NCBI GenBank assembly: GCA_963693365.1
Contig: CAVNZM010000001.1
Location: 3,178,907-3,242,906 of the forward strand
DNA: 64,000 nt
From: Amoebidium appalachense
Lineage: Eukaryota > Protista > Ichthyosporea
Direction: 5' to 3'
A program made the translations under genes and the position numbers. The notes under the pieces are model-generated. The model made no database searches. It was not told the DNA's origin and saw nothing but the letters and a program-made list of their open reading frames with translations. Of this stretch, positions 1-15,373 are shown piece after piece; positions within the stretch are counted from its first letter, which is position 1; every line of letters starts with the position of its first letter.

Positions 1-611
1 CTGCATGGGTAATAACAAACTCAGTGAGCAAGGCTACAACGTGTCTGCAAAAACATGAAGGGTGACTTGCCCACTAGCAGACGAGGCAGATTCGTGTGGC
101 AGGAATGGACTATATTTTACGGTTTCACAGAGAGAAAATCAAAATGATGGACAGAGTTGGTGGTAGGGTGTACACGTTTTGCGTTTATTGTAGACCTGCT
201 CAAAAATATTTCTGTGCTCATGTATGTGTGCCTGTGCTAACATGTAGACGTGTGTGTGTGTGTGTGTCTGTCTGTCTGTGTGTGTGTGTGTATGTACGCG
301 CGCGCGAGCAGGCGCAACGTGTGTACGCGGGTAGATGGGCATGGGGACCGAGGCAAAACGGAAACAGTTGTTCTCTGCGCGTGAAAAACAGTTGTTGAAA
401 CCCAATCTTCCCTACATGGGGGGAGACACTATTCCACCAGCCGACACTTCAGAAAAAGAAAACTGTCGGCATAGACCACCACAATCACACCCTTTTTGCA
501 GACTCAACCCTCCCCCTCCCCCTTTCCACCCCCCCCCCCCCCCCCCCCCCCCCCTTCACAAAAGAAAAAAAAAACAACAACAAAAAGAACAACAATCAAC
601 AGCCCCAACAG

Positions 612-644
<33 letters not shown>

Positions 645-725
645 TTCCCAACAAAAAAAACAAAAAAAAAACATAAATGCACACATCCGCCAAAAAGCCC
701 TCCTGCTCTTGGCGACACTACGCAT
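1..725 (-). CDS. Possible 5' part of an unknown gene diverging from CSE1 (runs off the window)
   Basis: On the minus strand an ATG at about 725 gives MRSVAKSRRAFWR. A GT donor at 684 and a ttttgcAG acceptor at 45 are phase-compatible and continue as IHVVALLTEFVITHA to the window edge. Further splice-like signals lie at about 830-990. No recognisable homology. Confidence 0.3.
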
Positions 726-1639
726 GTTGCCGGGTATGGGAAAGTGGGGAATGTTATGATGCAATGAAATGGTGGGTCAAGTTTTCGTAAACACATCATG
801 ATCTTTTTACTCGTGTGCAAATTTCTTTTCCTGCTTGCGGGCAATTAGCACTGGTTTCAGGTAAACTTGGCAAAGAAAACACTAAACACCAACCTTGCTT
901 GAAGCATGGTTGCGCTCGGCCCCACAAGAGCTGGCAAGCTCCCACCGGCTTTGCTTTTACACTTATGCTGTCTGTCGAGCTACCACCTGACCGTGTGACG
1001 AGAAAACAGACGGCATTGAGCGACCACTAGGCGCTAGGAGACTTCTGAAGGCTTGAAGTTCCGAGTAGATTCAAGAAAGCGTTCAGGAATAACCAAGAAC
1101 ACACGGCAACGGTGATCCCAAGCTCATTCAAACTTCTGAAACACTTGTTATAAAGGGCGGGGCAAAAAAAAAGGATCCGACACCTTCAGCTAATAAAAAT
1201 CTAGTGATCCCTCATTGCACCACTTCGAACCACTAACAAAACTCTTCGACCAAAACCTGAGTTCGTTTTCAAGTTCCCAGCCACCCAAAAACTTCGGTAC
1301 TAGTCACGCCCATGTAAGTAGTTTTTCCTGCGATCGGAGGTGACAACTCGCACAGAGTTCGAAAACTTTGAGTTTCGCACAGACTTTCTCTCATAGAGCT
1401 GAGCAAAGTTCACTTGCAATTGCAGCCAGTAACGGTCAAATCAGTGGGCCAAGAAATCTGAAATCTGGCGCCTAAATGGTAACTATTTTTAGGTTCACAT
1501 TGAAACAAATATTATTTCCTTCGTCACACAAAACCCAACGTAAAACCAGAAAAATTTAGCTTAAAACATTCTTTATAGCGATTAAATGTATATATTAGTA
1601 CTTTTCTTTTTTAATGGTTGTGTCTTTATGGTAGAATCT

Positions 1640-1965
1640 GTTTCAAGGCAGTGACGTCACTCTCTAAATTTAGATCAGGGCCAGGCTTATGGTGCTTGCG
1701 TCATCACGGCAGGTGACACCGTACTGATGTCGTTTCACATTTCAAATATCGCGCGTTTTGACCAATCCGTGATATTTCACCAATCAAAGCACGATTTGAC
1801 CGAAAATCCGAATTTGCACGAGTAGAAAATCGACACGAAATCACCTGGCACCGACCATTTTGGACACACACACAGAACACACGGAGGTTGAGGACACGTT
1901 TTTTCTAACAGTTTTTCCTCTACAGAGTGAAAGTTTATAGGGTGAAAAGAAAGAAACCGGACAGG
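1640..1965 (+). promoter_or_regulatory. CSE1 promoter and 5' UTR exon (probably bidirectional)
   Basis: Repeat-free segment with the CRE palindrome GTGACGTCAC (1651-1660) and CCAAT boxes (about 1762 and 1780). A consensus donor CAG|GTAAGA at 1965 pairs with the branch point CCCTAAC and AG at 2308, immediately before the ATG. Confidence 0.5.
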
Positions 1966-2308
1966 TAAGAGGCGTGTATTGATATGGTTTTTGTCTGGTC
2001 GATGATTGCATCTTCCAAACTTATACTGATGTAGCTTCTGGTCTAAGCTTGTGGCACGTGCTCTTTCTCGTGTTTCTCACCAGTTGTTGGCAACCTTCAA
2101 ACAGCAGTTTTATTTGGCCAGGGGTCTTGAAGGCAGACAGACAAAACTGTTTTAATATCATCATGGGTTTCGACCGTTACTGGACCTGTGCTGACTATTT
2201 GTGTGGGATCACGTGGAGCGGAGCTTTTCTAAGCTGATGCGTTGTGCCATGCGATTAGTCCAGGTGCCGAGGGTTGCTCTTGTACCCTAACTATTGTTTC
2301 CCTTTCAG

Positions 2309-2431
2309 ATGGCCAACGATCAAATGCTCCAGCTGCTTGCCGGGCAGCTGGGCCAGACTTTGTCCCCAGACCCCACTGTGCGCCGCTCAGGTATATAGGG
2401 GTGGACAGTGACATGGTTACCACACGTGTAT

Positions 2432-2508
<77 letters not shown>

Positions 2509-4583
2509 TAAGTAGCGCTTTTTGCAGCCGTCGTTTAAGTACAAGGACACAAGCACTTGCTTGTACTTTCACCATCACAAAGCCCGCTCCCCCCCCCCCT
2601 CCCCCCCTCACACACACACACACGCGTACGCACACACGTACACACAGCGTTTATTTATTTTTGGGTTTAGAAAGAAAGAGGAGCACTTGTGCAACCTGCA
2701 GTCGGCCTGGCCATTACATACAACAGAAGGAGTTTGCTCTTGGATTGCCCTGACTCATACGTCTCAAACTCTTCTTGCGTTGGCCATTCTGTCTCCCCCC
2801 CCCTCTCCCCCCTCCACCCACCTGCTGGGGGTGTGTTTCTGTCGGCTAGTGTACGGTATCTTTTTGGCGCCATCGGTTTCTTGGTGTGTATAAAAAGCTA
2901 CGAAGATGAGACGGTCTGTAGTGTTGGTGGTGTTAGTTCCATGGGTCGGGTTGGTCAGAAGATGGGTAGCTGTGCACGGGGAAGGCAGGAATCAAAGGGG
3001 GAGGCGGGGGAGGGGGAGGGGGGCTTCAGGAGTGGGGAGGTTCAAAAGGAAGGGGTAGGGGGGAGGGTTCCATATCGTGCTCGTTTCCCGGGGGGGGGGG
3101 AGGGGGGGGGGCATGTGGCTGTGGCTTTGATGGTGCAGTGGTGGCGGTGGTGTGTGTATTTGGGGGTGGGAGGGGAGGGGGAGGGGCTGATCTTGTGGAA
3201 GGGCACCGAGATAAACAGGGGAGATGGGGGAAAGGGGTAGATAGAATTTAGGTAGGAAGGGATAAGGAGAGTGGGAAGGAAAAGAGGAATGGGGACCCCG
3301 GGTGTGGGAGGGTGGGGGAGTGCACACGGGGGGTTGGGGGTGGGCAGCACCGGGGGGGGGGGGGGGGGGAGGAGAGAGAGAGAGAGAGGTTGGCAAAAAC
3401 ACTAAGTGTTCTTCTTTTTTCTTCCTCCCCAGCTGAGAAGGAGCTGGCAGCATTTGAGGGCAACAGTGGGTTTTCCCTTCTGCTGCTCCACCTGGTGTCC
3501 TCTGCAGAGGCACAGGCAGACATTAGGGCGGCAGCGGCAATCACTTTCAAGAACTTTGTCAAGAGGAACTGGGCTACTGTACGTGTCACGTGTGCTTGTG
3601 TGTGTGTGTGTGTGTGTGCGCGCGCGCGCGTGCTCTTTTGGTTCCGTCGGTGGGGGAAAGAAGTAAAGTTGGAGGGGGTAGGGGAGGGAGGGGGGGGGGG
3701 GGGGGGGGGGGGGGGGAGGCTGGGGAGGCTGAGCAGAGCACAAGGGAAAGGGATTGGAGGGATGTCTAGTGTGGTGTGTGTGGACCATTCCTGAAACAGG
3801 TGCGTGTGTATGCGGGGGGTATGTGGAGAGGGGGAGGGGGGGGGGGGAGCAAAATTAATGTAGGGTGTACAGGAAGGGGAAGGGGGGGAGGGGCAGGGGC
3901 AGGGGCAGGGAGCAGCCGAGGAGTGAAATAGAGAATGGGAGAATGAAGGAGTGGTGTAATGGTGGATTGGGGAGCAAGGAGGAGTTGAAGGGGGACGGGG
4001 GGGCCAGGGGCGAGTATATAGGGTTGAGTGGAGTGGAGGTGGGGTGGGGATAGAGGAGGTAGAATGGTGTAAAAAAGAAGATGTGTATGTGTGTGTGGAG
4101 GGGCGGGTGGGGGAGGATGGGGAGCAGGTTGGAGTAGTGAAGAATGTGCGGGAGAGAGAGGTATTGAGGGTGAGTATTGCGTGTTTCTTTTTTTTTTGGG
4201 GGGGGGGGGGGGGTTGTGGAACAGGTTGTACATGAAGGGGTGGGAATGGTGTGTGCGGGAGGGTGTGTGTGTGTGTGTGTGTTGGGGGGAGCAGGGGGAG
4301 GGAGGGGTGGAATGATGCACGCTTTCAAGGGGAAGGGGGATAGCATTACACCCTGCCTCTCACCTAACCCCCCCCCCCCCCCCCCCTTCTCCGCTTGTAA
4401 GCCCCCCCCCCCCCCCCCCCCCCCCCCGGGCTACACACACACACACACACACAGACTGAGTGAGAGAGAACGCCCGGACTCTCTTTTTCACCGGCTCCAA
4501 TTCACATACACCGACTCATGCATACACATCCAGAGCCTCATCTTACTCACAACCACAAGCTCATACGTCCTCCCCTCCCTCCC

Positions 4584-4614
<31 letters not shown>

Positions 4615-5129
4615 ACACACACACACTCACAACCTTCCTATACAACCACGTTCATCCCGTCCCTCCCCCCCCCCCCCCCCACCCCGCCCCTCTTTTCCAC
4701 CCCCATACGGCACACACACACACACACACACATCTCATGCTCTTCTCCACCCTCACCTCCTCTCCCTGCACCACACACATCCCTCTTCTCCTCCATAACC
4801 CCATGCAGGTGGATGGCGATGCGGGCAAGATCAGTGTTGGTGATCGGCAGCTGATCAAGCAGCACATAGTCGAGCTGATGCTGCAGGTGCCCAGCAAGCT
4901 GCAGCAGCAGCTGTCCGAGGCCGTCAGCATCATCGGTGCACAGGACTACCCCGATAACTGGTGATGTACCCTTGCATTGGGTACACATGCTTGGGGGCAC
5001 AGGCACATGTGCTTGCACTTACACACAAAGAAACTTGCACTCTTGCACACATGCACACACTACACACACATACGTACGCACCTGCTTAGAACACAGGCAG
5101 CATATACTTTGAAAAGGCATCACACTCAT

Positions 5130-5195
<66 letters not shown>

Positions 5196-5398
5196 GGGAC
5201 ACAGGCAACAAACGCGCTCACTCACACAAAGTCATTGCCTATACCATGTCACACTCGGAGGGATGAAATATCGTTTGTGTGTGCCTGAACACAGACGATT
5301 GGAAAGGCACTGACGTTCAGAAGTGCCCCCACACTTTTAATGCACAGAAATCGATGGGGAAGAGGGAGAGACAAGGGAAATTGCCGCACATAACCCCC

Positions 5399-5429
<31 letters not shown>

Positions 5430-5651
5430 AAAAGGTTAAAATATAAAGCCCCGTCCCTTCCTTGAATCTTATATTAGTGGCAGAAAAGTGTAGGAAGCAG
5501 CTGGGGAGGGGGGGGGGGGGGGGGGGGGGAGGGTGGACATGTGTGGTGTGTTTCTTTCTTTCTTTCTTTCTTTTCATTTTTTTTTTTGGGAGGAGGAGGG
5601 GGGGCCGCGGAGGGAGGGAGGAGATGCTGATATGAAGAGTAGTGCAACCAC

Positions 5652-5682
<31 letters not shown>

Positions 5683-5824
5683 GCATTTGAGCCTTTGTTT
5701 CTCCTAACTTCTGTGCATTTGTTTTTGCAGGCAGGAGCTGTTGCCCACGTTGGTGCAGAAATTGGCTTCCAACGACTTCAGCATCATCAACGGTGTGCTG
5801 CAGACTGCAAACTCCCTGTTCAAA

Positions 5825-5863
<39 letters not shown>

Positions 5864-6651
5864 TGAGTGAGTGAGTGAGTGTACGTGTGTGTGTGGTGGT
5901 GGTGGTGGTGGTGGTGGTTGTTGGGAGGAGGGAGGTGTAAGGGCATTCTGCGCCCTTGCACTTGCAGGTGTGTGATGTGTGGTGTGTTTGCGTGTTGGCA
6001 CCTCTTTGTTTATCCACAAAGAGAACAATACACCTACCCCCCCCCCTTCCCCCCGCCCCCTACTCTCTCCCCAGACCTCGTTGCCGCGCCTATGTACTAG
6101 AATGTGCATGGTAGGTTGTGTAAGAAGTCTGGTGGGGGAGAAAGCGGCAGGGGGAGGGGGCGGAAGAGGGGGGGGGGGGGGTGAATGGGGAAGAGGTGTG
6201 GGTATAAAGATTTGCCAGGTTGTGATAGCATATGAACATGTATCTCATGTAATCTGATGGCGGGCAACTGGCTAATACAGATACACGTACGAGTTCAAGA
6301 GCGACCCCCTATATGCCGAGATCAAATACTCCCTGGACAACTTTGCAGACCCACTCACACAGCTGACAAAGGTACGTTTTTCCCGTTCACCTAGATTGTA
6401 TGTATGCGGGAGGGGTGGATGTATCTTTCATGCATTTCTGTATGCCCTGTGTTTATTGCTGAGGGGCTGCGGTCAGCGGCACATGTGTGTGGGTTTTGGT
6501 GGTGGTGGTGGGAGAGAGGGGGAAGGATGGGTGGTCGTTTCACATGTTAACCAACTTGAGCGGTGGGTTGGCCTGTCCCCAATACTGACCATCTAGTTCT
6601 TGCACACACATGCAAAACATGTAAAAATGCTACCCACGGGATGCATGCAAG

Positions 6652-6698
<47 letters not shown>

Positions 6699-6779
6699 AC
6701 ACACACGGATGCATGCAAGAACATGCACGTGCACACACACACACATACACACGGGGTTTACGCTGTTTACTCGAGGCAA

Positions 6780-6866
<87 letters not shown>

Positions 6867-7015
6867 CATCATCGGGTCACTGGCACAGTTTGCCAATGAC
6901 CGGCAGACGCTGCTGCTGCTGTTCACCCTGCTTCAGGAGATAGTCGAGATATTCTACAGCCTCAACTTCCAGGGTGAGTCCATGCAAGTTTCCCTCTGTG
7001 CGTGTGTGCGTGCCT

Positions 7016-7048
<33 letters not shown>

Positions 7049-7801
7049 TCTCTCTGCCCACTTCCCCCCATCTGTTTGATCCGTTTCCATGTCCGGGGTG
7101 CTTATTTTTTATTATTATTTTTTTTTGGGGGGGGGGGCGGGGGGGGAGGGGGGGCGGGGTAAGGAAGGGAGGCTGGCAGCACGTGTATATCTGCTCACAC
7201 GCATGTGTTGGTGGGTGGGTGTGGATGTGTGGATGTGCTTGTTCGATGCATGGATGTGTGCGTGGGGGAGGATTGCTAAAAAGAAACTCCATGAGCTCGG
7301 GCAAGGTTAAGATTTATGAAACTGAAACTGTGAGGGGAGGGGGGGGGGTGGGGTTAGGTCTTTTGTCCTCTGTCTTTTATCCCTCCGCAACCCTTCCTTC
7401 ACCTAAGCAAGTAAGGACAAATATGGACACCTGACACAAGGGGCGCTGCGCACCTTCACCCGTGTTGATACCTCTTCAATTTTATGTGGCATAACCTCGC
7501 TGATGGTGTGTCATTGTCTCTCTAATGGTGCGTCTAAAATATCTCCCTAGTGGTGCATGCAATGTATTTGGCTAACAGTGCATGCAATATGTTTCTCTCG
7601 TGGTGCATGCAGTATATTTTCTCGTGGTGCATGCAATATATCTCCCTAATGGATATACAATGTATCTCCCTGATGGTATATCTACCCCCAGAATTCCCCG
7701 AGTATTTCGAGGACCATCTTGCCGAGTGGATGGAAATGTTCCACACCATTCTGACCTACGACAACCCCCTGGTCAAGAGCGATGTAAATACCCTCCCCCC
7801 C

Positions 7802-7854
<53 letters not shown>

Positions 7855-8229
7855 TACCACCACCACTTACAACCAACAATGAAATAAAGCAAAGTAGAGA
7901 AAAGAAAAGAGCATATGAGATCTCTAACATCCAAACCCCAAACACGAGCCTGGGCACACGCACAGAAAGACACACACAAAAGAAAAAATTCACAACCACT
8001 TTGCTGCTTTCTTCTCTTTTCCCCTGGACTTGCCGCACAATCTCTCCTTTTTGTGTTTGATTACCTGGCCCGGGTGTCTGACCCCCCCCCCCCTCCCCAC
8101 ACACACACACACTTCCCGTCTCACTCCTTCCCTCCTTTCGCCCGCCTTCTCTTACCTTCACACACAGACTCTCTCTCCCCCTTCCCTTTCTCTGTCCCCC
8201 CTCCCCTCTCACTCACACTCACACTCTCT

Positions 8230-8283
<54 letters not shown>

Positions 8284-8465
8284 CCCCCCCCCCCCCCCCC
8301 CCCCCCCTCTCTGTCCTTTCATTTACTGTAGGACGATGAGAGGCCCGGGCCATTCGAGAAGACCAAGGCACAGATTTGTGAGAACATTGCGCTCTATGCG
8401 TCCAAATACGATGATGAGGACACGGAGATCAAGACACACCTGCCCATGTTCGTGCAGGTACGTGT

Positions 8466-8497
<32 letters not shown>

Positions 8498-9210
8498 CTG
8501 TGTGTGTGTGTGTGTTGATAGAGAGTGCTCGTGGCAGGGAAACAGAACGATGAATGGGTGGGTGGATGGTTGGGTGGCTGGAGCCCCCGGAGAGAGGGGG
8601 GAAGGGGGGGTCCATGGGCTATGTGATAAAACAGGCATCATATTTGACTTGTCTGTGCTCCGCGAGGGACATCTTGGCTGCGAACAAAAGGGCAAACAAA
8701 AGGGAGTTAACTAACAACACCGATAAGACACCACCTTAAGAGAACATGCCAAAAATGTTCACAATTGAGGGAAGCCTTCACCTACATTTATCACACGTTA
8801 CTCCATCACCATTCCATACATGAAACATAAAGCCAGATTTACGGTCTTGCAACCTCTTCGTGTTCTTACCGAACCTAACTGTTTCGTTCCCGCAGGATAT
8901 CTGGAATCTTCTGTGCACAACTGGTCGTGAAGTCAAAAACGACTACGTAAGTACCTGCTGCAGGCACCATCGCCTATACTTGACTCGTTCTTTTGTCCAT
9001 TATTACGACTTGGACGTTTTGCACCCAATCAAGAGCAAAGAAAATGTTACAGTTTGTCAGGCTGTTTATGTTCGTGTTCCCTGCAATACATTACAACAAG
9101 CTTGGGAAATTCGATGTGCTTTTTCTTTTTTTCTTTTTTTGCTTATATTACCAGATGTTCTTTTCTCTCTCTCTCTCGCTCTCTCGCTCTCTCGCTCTCT
9201 CGTTGTGGGA

Positions 9211-9241
<31 letters not shown>

Positions 9242-9281
9242 ATCATGGTTATGGGATCGAATTTCTGAGAACCTCCCCCCT

Positions 9282-9313
<32 letters not shown>

Positions 9314-9771
9314 CCCCCCCCCTGCCTTCGCCCCTGTTCCCCTTTTACAAATTCTAATCCTCACCCCTTCCCCCCCTCCCCCCCCCCCCCCCCCCCCTGC
9401 CTCTTCAGCTTGTCAGTGGAGCCATCCAGTTTCTGTCCTCTGTGGCGTCACGTCCACGCACATCCACCCTGTTTGCAGCAGAGGGAGTGCTCAACACCAT
9501 TTGCCAGAACATCATCATCCCTAACATGCAGCTGCGAGGTGTGTGTGTGTGTGTGCGTGTGTGTGCGTGTGTGTGTGCGCCTTTTTTTTTGGGGGGGGGG
9601 GGGGGGAGAAGGGGGGGGGGGGGACGACGGGGTTGTGGATAGGTACTGTGCAGTGGTTATGATGCGAAGGTGCGGGAAAGGAAATGAGGGAAATGGGGAG
9701 GGGAGATCAGTTTAAAGGTGTGACACTAAGTGGTACGTGCACGAGTGGCCTGGAGAAGCACTTCACGCGCG

Positions 9772-9819
<48 letters not shown>

Positions 9820-9995
9820 ACAATCACACACAGGCGCGATGTTTGTGCATGTGCACGTGTATTTTTTTTCATTTGGCTCGGGAGTGATCTCACATAACGA
9901 GTATGCGGGCACACAGAGGAGGACGTGGAATGCTTCGAGGATGATCCGGAAGAGTACATGAGGAGAGACATCGAGGGCTCAGGTGTGTGTGGGTT

Positions 9996-10052
<57 letters not shown>

Positions 10053-10517
10053 CACGCCTGCCTGCCTGCCTGGCTGCCTGCATGTGCTCGGGCAAGAAGT
10101 TTGTTAGAAAGTTTGTAAGGTAGGGGGAAGAGCGGGGAGGGGGGTGGGTGTTTGGGGGGGGGGGGGGGGGGGGGGGGGGGCAAGGGCCCACTGTTGCCTG
10201 ATTAGTTGGTCAGTCTACTGATTTTGGGATATGTTCATTAGCCTTAAGGGTTGATATTTCATTGATCTCCTGTTTGTTATATAATTTTTATGGTGGTCTA
10301 TACCGTTTTAATATCTGTGTGCTGATTGGTCGGCTGTGTGCCTTTTAGACACGGAGAGCAGGCGGCGTGCAGCATGTGACCTTGTGAGGGCGCTGCGTGT
10401 GCACTTTGAGGCCCAGGTGACTCCCATCTTCACGGCTTATGTCAACGCCATGCTGCAGGTACGAAACTCCATCTCACTGCACACGTGTGCACAACATGCC
10501 TGACATCTTATTCTCCC

Positions 10518-10548
<31 letters not shown>

Positions 10549-10999
10549 AAAAAAAAAAAAATCCTAAACACACACACGCACTCCACACATCACACATCAC
10601 ACACAAAGATACTCTTCTCCTCTTCACTTACATTCCCTCATCCAATACCCTGTGCTTTTTTTGTGTGTGTGTGTTTGTCATGTCGCCGTGTGTTGCTGTA
10701 TAAATTCCGTTTTGTTGTTGTCTGCGAGCACAAATTCTTGCCTTTGCCTATATATGGTAATTTTCTGCTCCCGAGACATTTGTTTAATAAGGCGCGCATT
10801 CGACAAATGCCGACATAATCGTTTGATGATCCAACCCACCGCTCCTTCTCTCGTGTGTGCAGGAGTATGCGCAGAACCCCAATGCCCACTGGAAGTCGAA
10901 GGATGCCGCCATCTTCCTCATCACATCCCTCACCGTCACAAGCACCGTACAGACTGTACTTTGCCCCCCCTCCCCCCCTTCCCCCCCCAGTACACCCAC

Positions 11000-11096
<97 letters not shown>

Positions 11097-11385
11097 CACA
11101 CACACACACACACATGCCATCCCCCCCCCCCACCCACCCACCCTTGTTTTACTTATCCTTGAATTTGCCCTGTGCATGGCTTTCACACACACAGAGACAG
11201 TCAAGCACTCTCTGCCAAACAAAGGGTTCGGGTAGAAAGGCATGTATGTTGCTAAGACGCATAACCAGTATGCTCTTGGTTTGCAGGTCAGTTCCCTGCA
11301 CTGCGCCTTGTTTGTCTTTGCAGATCTACTCGTTTACTGTGCAACACATTCTTACGCTAGTATATATGTCTCTCTTTTAGCTTCT

Positions 11386-11424
<39 letters not shown>

Positions 11425-11643
11425 GTGTGGTGGATTAGAAGGTCATTGTTGGTACGGCACGAACTCGGGGTAGTCAAACCCAACGTTATTTCATGTTTGG
11501 TGCCTGGATGAGTGGAGTTGCGGGTGGGGGATGAGAGAGGAGGTGGGGGATTCGGTGATGGCGGTGATATGTCGGGGGGTGGGGGGAGGTTGGTGGGGTC
11601 CTGGTTGAAAACATAGCCCACTGATCACCAACGGGCTATTCTT

Positions 11644-11691
<48 letters not shown>

Positions 11692-13151
11692 ACCCACACA
11701 CACACACACACGTTCAAGGCATCAGCTAACTGCAACCACACACATGCACCTATCACCCACATCCCATCCAATGCCAAGTCAGCACTTTAACATCATAGGA
11801 CCATCACCTTTTTTTTCCCGGCAATATTTCTCGGTCACTAACCCCCCCCCCCCCCCCCCCTCCCCCCCCCCCCCCAAAAACACACACACACTTACACAAA
11901 CACACCACACCTCCAACGTCCTCTCTTCCCCCCCCCCCCCCCCCCCCCCCTTTTTTTCCCCACTCAATAGCTGGGTACCACCAAGACCAACACTCTGGTG
12001 AATGTGGACGAGTTTTTCATCAGCCACATTGTGCCCGACCTGCAGGCCCAGAACACAAACGCACTGCCCGTGCTTAAGGCAGACGCAATCAAATATGTCC
12101 TTACCTTCCGCAACCAGGTACATATGTGCCACATGTGCAAAAAGTGATGTTGTGCACGGTTTGTGGAGGGAGCTGAGACGCTCGTGTTTATTAAGGATGG
12201 TTGGGCGCTGTTCTTCTTGTGTCTTGGTTTTTTTGCACTGCCCGGTTGGTTTCGTTTCTGGTTCGTGTTGGTGGGTTTGTGGCCTGATTCATTGTCGTTG
12301 CTTTCATGTTTGTGCCTGTCTAATGCATACATCCCCCCCCCCCTCTTCCCCCTTTCCCCCTTTCCTTTTGTTTTGTGCCCCCTGGTTGCCTTCCATGTGT
12401 CTTGTCGATAGATTTGAAGGGTTGCTTTTCGGAATGGAAGGAGGTGATGGCTAGGCCTTCTTTTCTTTTCTTTTTTTCTTTTTCTTTTTTTTCTCTGGGG
12501 AGAGAAGAGGGGTGGAGGGAGGGAGGGGGGGAAGGGGGGTGTACAGTAGGTATATGTATGATACTATTTCCCATATATGTTGCTTCCTCTGTAAACCTTC
12601 TGTCCTGCCTGTCCATCCCCACCCACTTACCCTCAAGCACATACACAGCACAAAACATATTCACAGCCGTTTTAGCCTGTTACTGACTTGTATTCCAAAG
12701 CTTGCACGGGAGGCCCTTCTAGCCACCGTGCCCATCCTCATCACCCACATAGGCGCAGAGTCACTGGTTCAACACAGGTACACCCACTGCCCCACTCTCT
12801 CTCCCCAATCACGTCCACTCACTCACTCACGCACTTGCCACACACACATACTCACGCGCGCGCCACGCACTGCCTCCCTGCATCCCTCTCCTTCTTCTTT
12901 CCTTAGATAAGCAGCCAACACACACACGTGTGCATGCACAGGCTGTAGCTCTGTGCGGAACAACTGATATCTTGGTAGTACGGAGAAGAATTAGCTTATT
13001 ACAAAAAGATAGCAAACTTCAAAAGGGCAAAAACAGGCACTTCGATGGTGGTTGCCAGAATAGTATCTTGTTGAGAAACTAGATGTGTTCGATTTTGTTT
13101 GTATGTGTGGGGAGTTCGGGAAAAGGGGGGGGGGGAGGGGGGGGGGGGGGG

Positions 13152-13187
<36 letters not shown>

Positions 13188-13367
13188 AAATGTGTTCGTG
13201 TGGCAGGGTAAAGACATGAGATAATGTCGTGAAAGGTGAATGTGGTTTGTATTTGGCTGGGGCACTCACGTGCTCTGTTTGCAGCTATGCGGCCAATGTC
13301 CTGGAGAGGCTACTGACTATCAAGGACCCACCCGGTGCAAGCAACCGTGATGCAAAGCTCAAGTAAC

Positions 13368-13413
<46 letters not shown>

Positions 13414-13665
13414 GGATACTAATAATAAAAAGTTTTGTTCACGTGCGTGCACACACACACACACACGGACAGCGCCCAAGCACGCACGCACGAGCAGCAG
13501 CAGAGCACGGCCTTTCTTTGTAGCTGCACATGTGTGCTTGTGTGTGCTGATATGTTGTCTGTCACGCTTCAAAATAACAAGTGCAGTCTTCCCACCCACT
13601 ATCACCATGATTTTGATGTTCACTCAACGACTGCCACGGTGTTACTGACTCTTTTTTATCCTTTT

Positions 13666-13714
<49 letters not shown>

Positions 13715-14052
13715 AAAATAAATAAATAAAAAATAAAAAATAAATAAAAAAAATTGCACATACACGGACATGCTATGCACACACACACACACACACTACA
13801 TACACACACACACACACACCCTCTATAGGATTGGGCGTGAGGACATCAAACCGCACCTTGAGTCAGCCCTGACTGCACTTTTTGGAGCCCTTGCACGGCC
13901 GCAGTCAGTGGAGAACCACTACGTCATGAAGTGCATCATGCGCATCATCTGTGTGGCTAAGGAGGACATCGTGCCCTATGCTGGCGTGGTAGGGTTGGCG
14001 TGCAAACAGTCACGTGCACAGGAATGCTAACACACGTGCGCATGCACACACT

Positions 14053-14132
<80 letters not shown>

Positions 14133-14501
14133 TCACGCATTCACTCATTCACCCACAATTCCATGAATGATATAATGTTCAACACACACACCCACATGCA
14201 CACACATACACGCCCGCACACACTCACTGACTTATTCACTTGCTATGGCTCGAACTCTGACGTCATATTTAGCGCACTAACTCGCATGCGCCGTGCTCTC
14301 CATACTCCTCCCTTCCTCTCTCCCTCCCTTCACCCTTCCACCCTCCCACCCACCCATCCTTAAATATCCTCTGACCCATTTGTTGAACCCCCAGATTGTG
14401 CAGCAGCTGACAGTCAAACTCATGGAGGTTGCAAAGAACCCCCGCAAGCCAGAATTCAACCACTTCCTCTTCGAATCCATCGGCGCATCCGTCAGGTAGG
14501 A

Positions 14502-14548
<47 letters not shown>

Positions 14549-14976
14549 CACCACCACCGCCACCACCACCACCGAAAAACCACCCAGTTTACTATGCCAT
14601 CTTGGGTATATGTTGGTTGTCGACCAGTGGTGTTCTTTTTGTTGCTCACGGGCACTCATGTTCGTTCCCTTTCAGGTTTGTGTGCCAGGTAAACCCTGCA
14701 GCCGTGGAGGCATTTGAGGCCCAGCTGTTCCCTCCGTTTGAGCTCATCTTGCAGGAGGACGTCACAGGTACATGCACGCACATACACACACACACACACG
14801 CCACATATACACCTGCATGCATGCACACACCTGCATGTGCTCTTAAAGTGACAGCAACATGGGAAAATATTGGTGCACCATGACTGAAAGCACACACTTG
14901 TAGCTCCCATGTTCCGTTGGAATTCATTACATTTGTTTGCAGTTTCTTTCTTAACTATCTTGCTCGTGTATTCGTG

Positions 14977-15016
<40 letters not shown>

Positions 15017-15110
15017 ACCACCACCACCACCACCACCACAAAAATAAATAAAAAAATAAAATAAAAAAAACTTCTTCTCATCCATCTATCACCATTACCA
15101 CGCACACACG

Positions 15111-15173
<63 letters not shown>

Positions 15174-15303
15174 AGAGTTCATGCCGTACGTGTTCCAGAT
15201 CATGGCCCAGCTTCTTGAGGCCCGTCAGCCCCCAACCCCACCCCAATACCAGGCCCTGTTCCCCCACCTCATGTCCCCCCTGCTGTGGGAGAAGACAGGT
15301 AAC

Positions 15304-15373
<70 letters not shown>

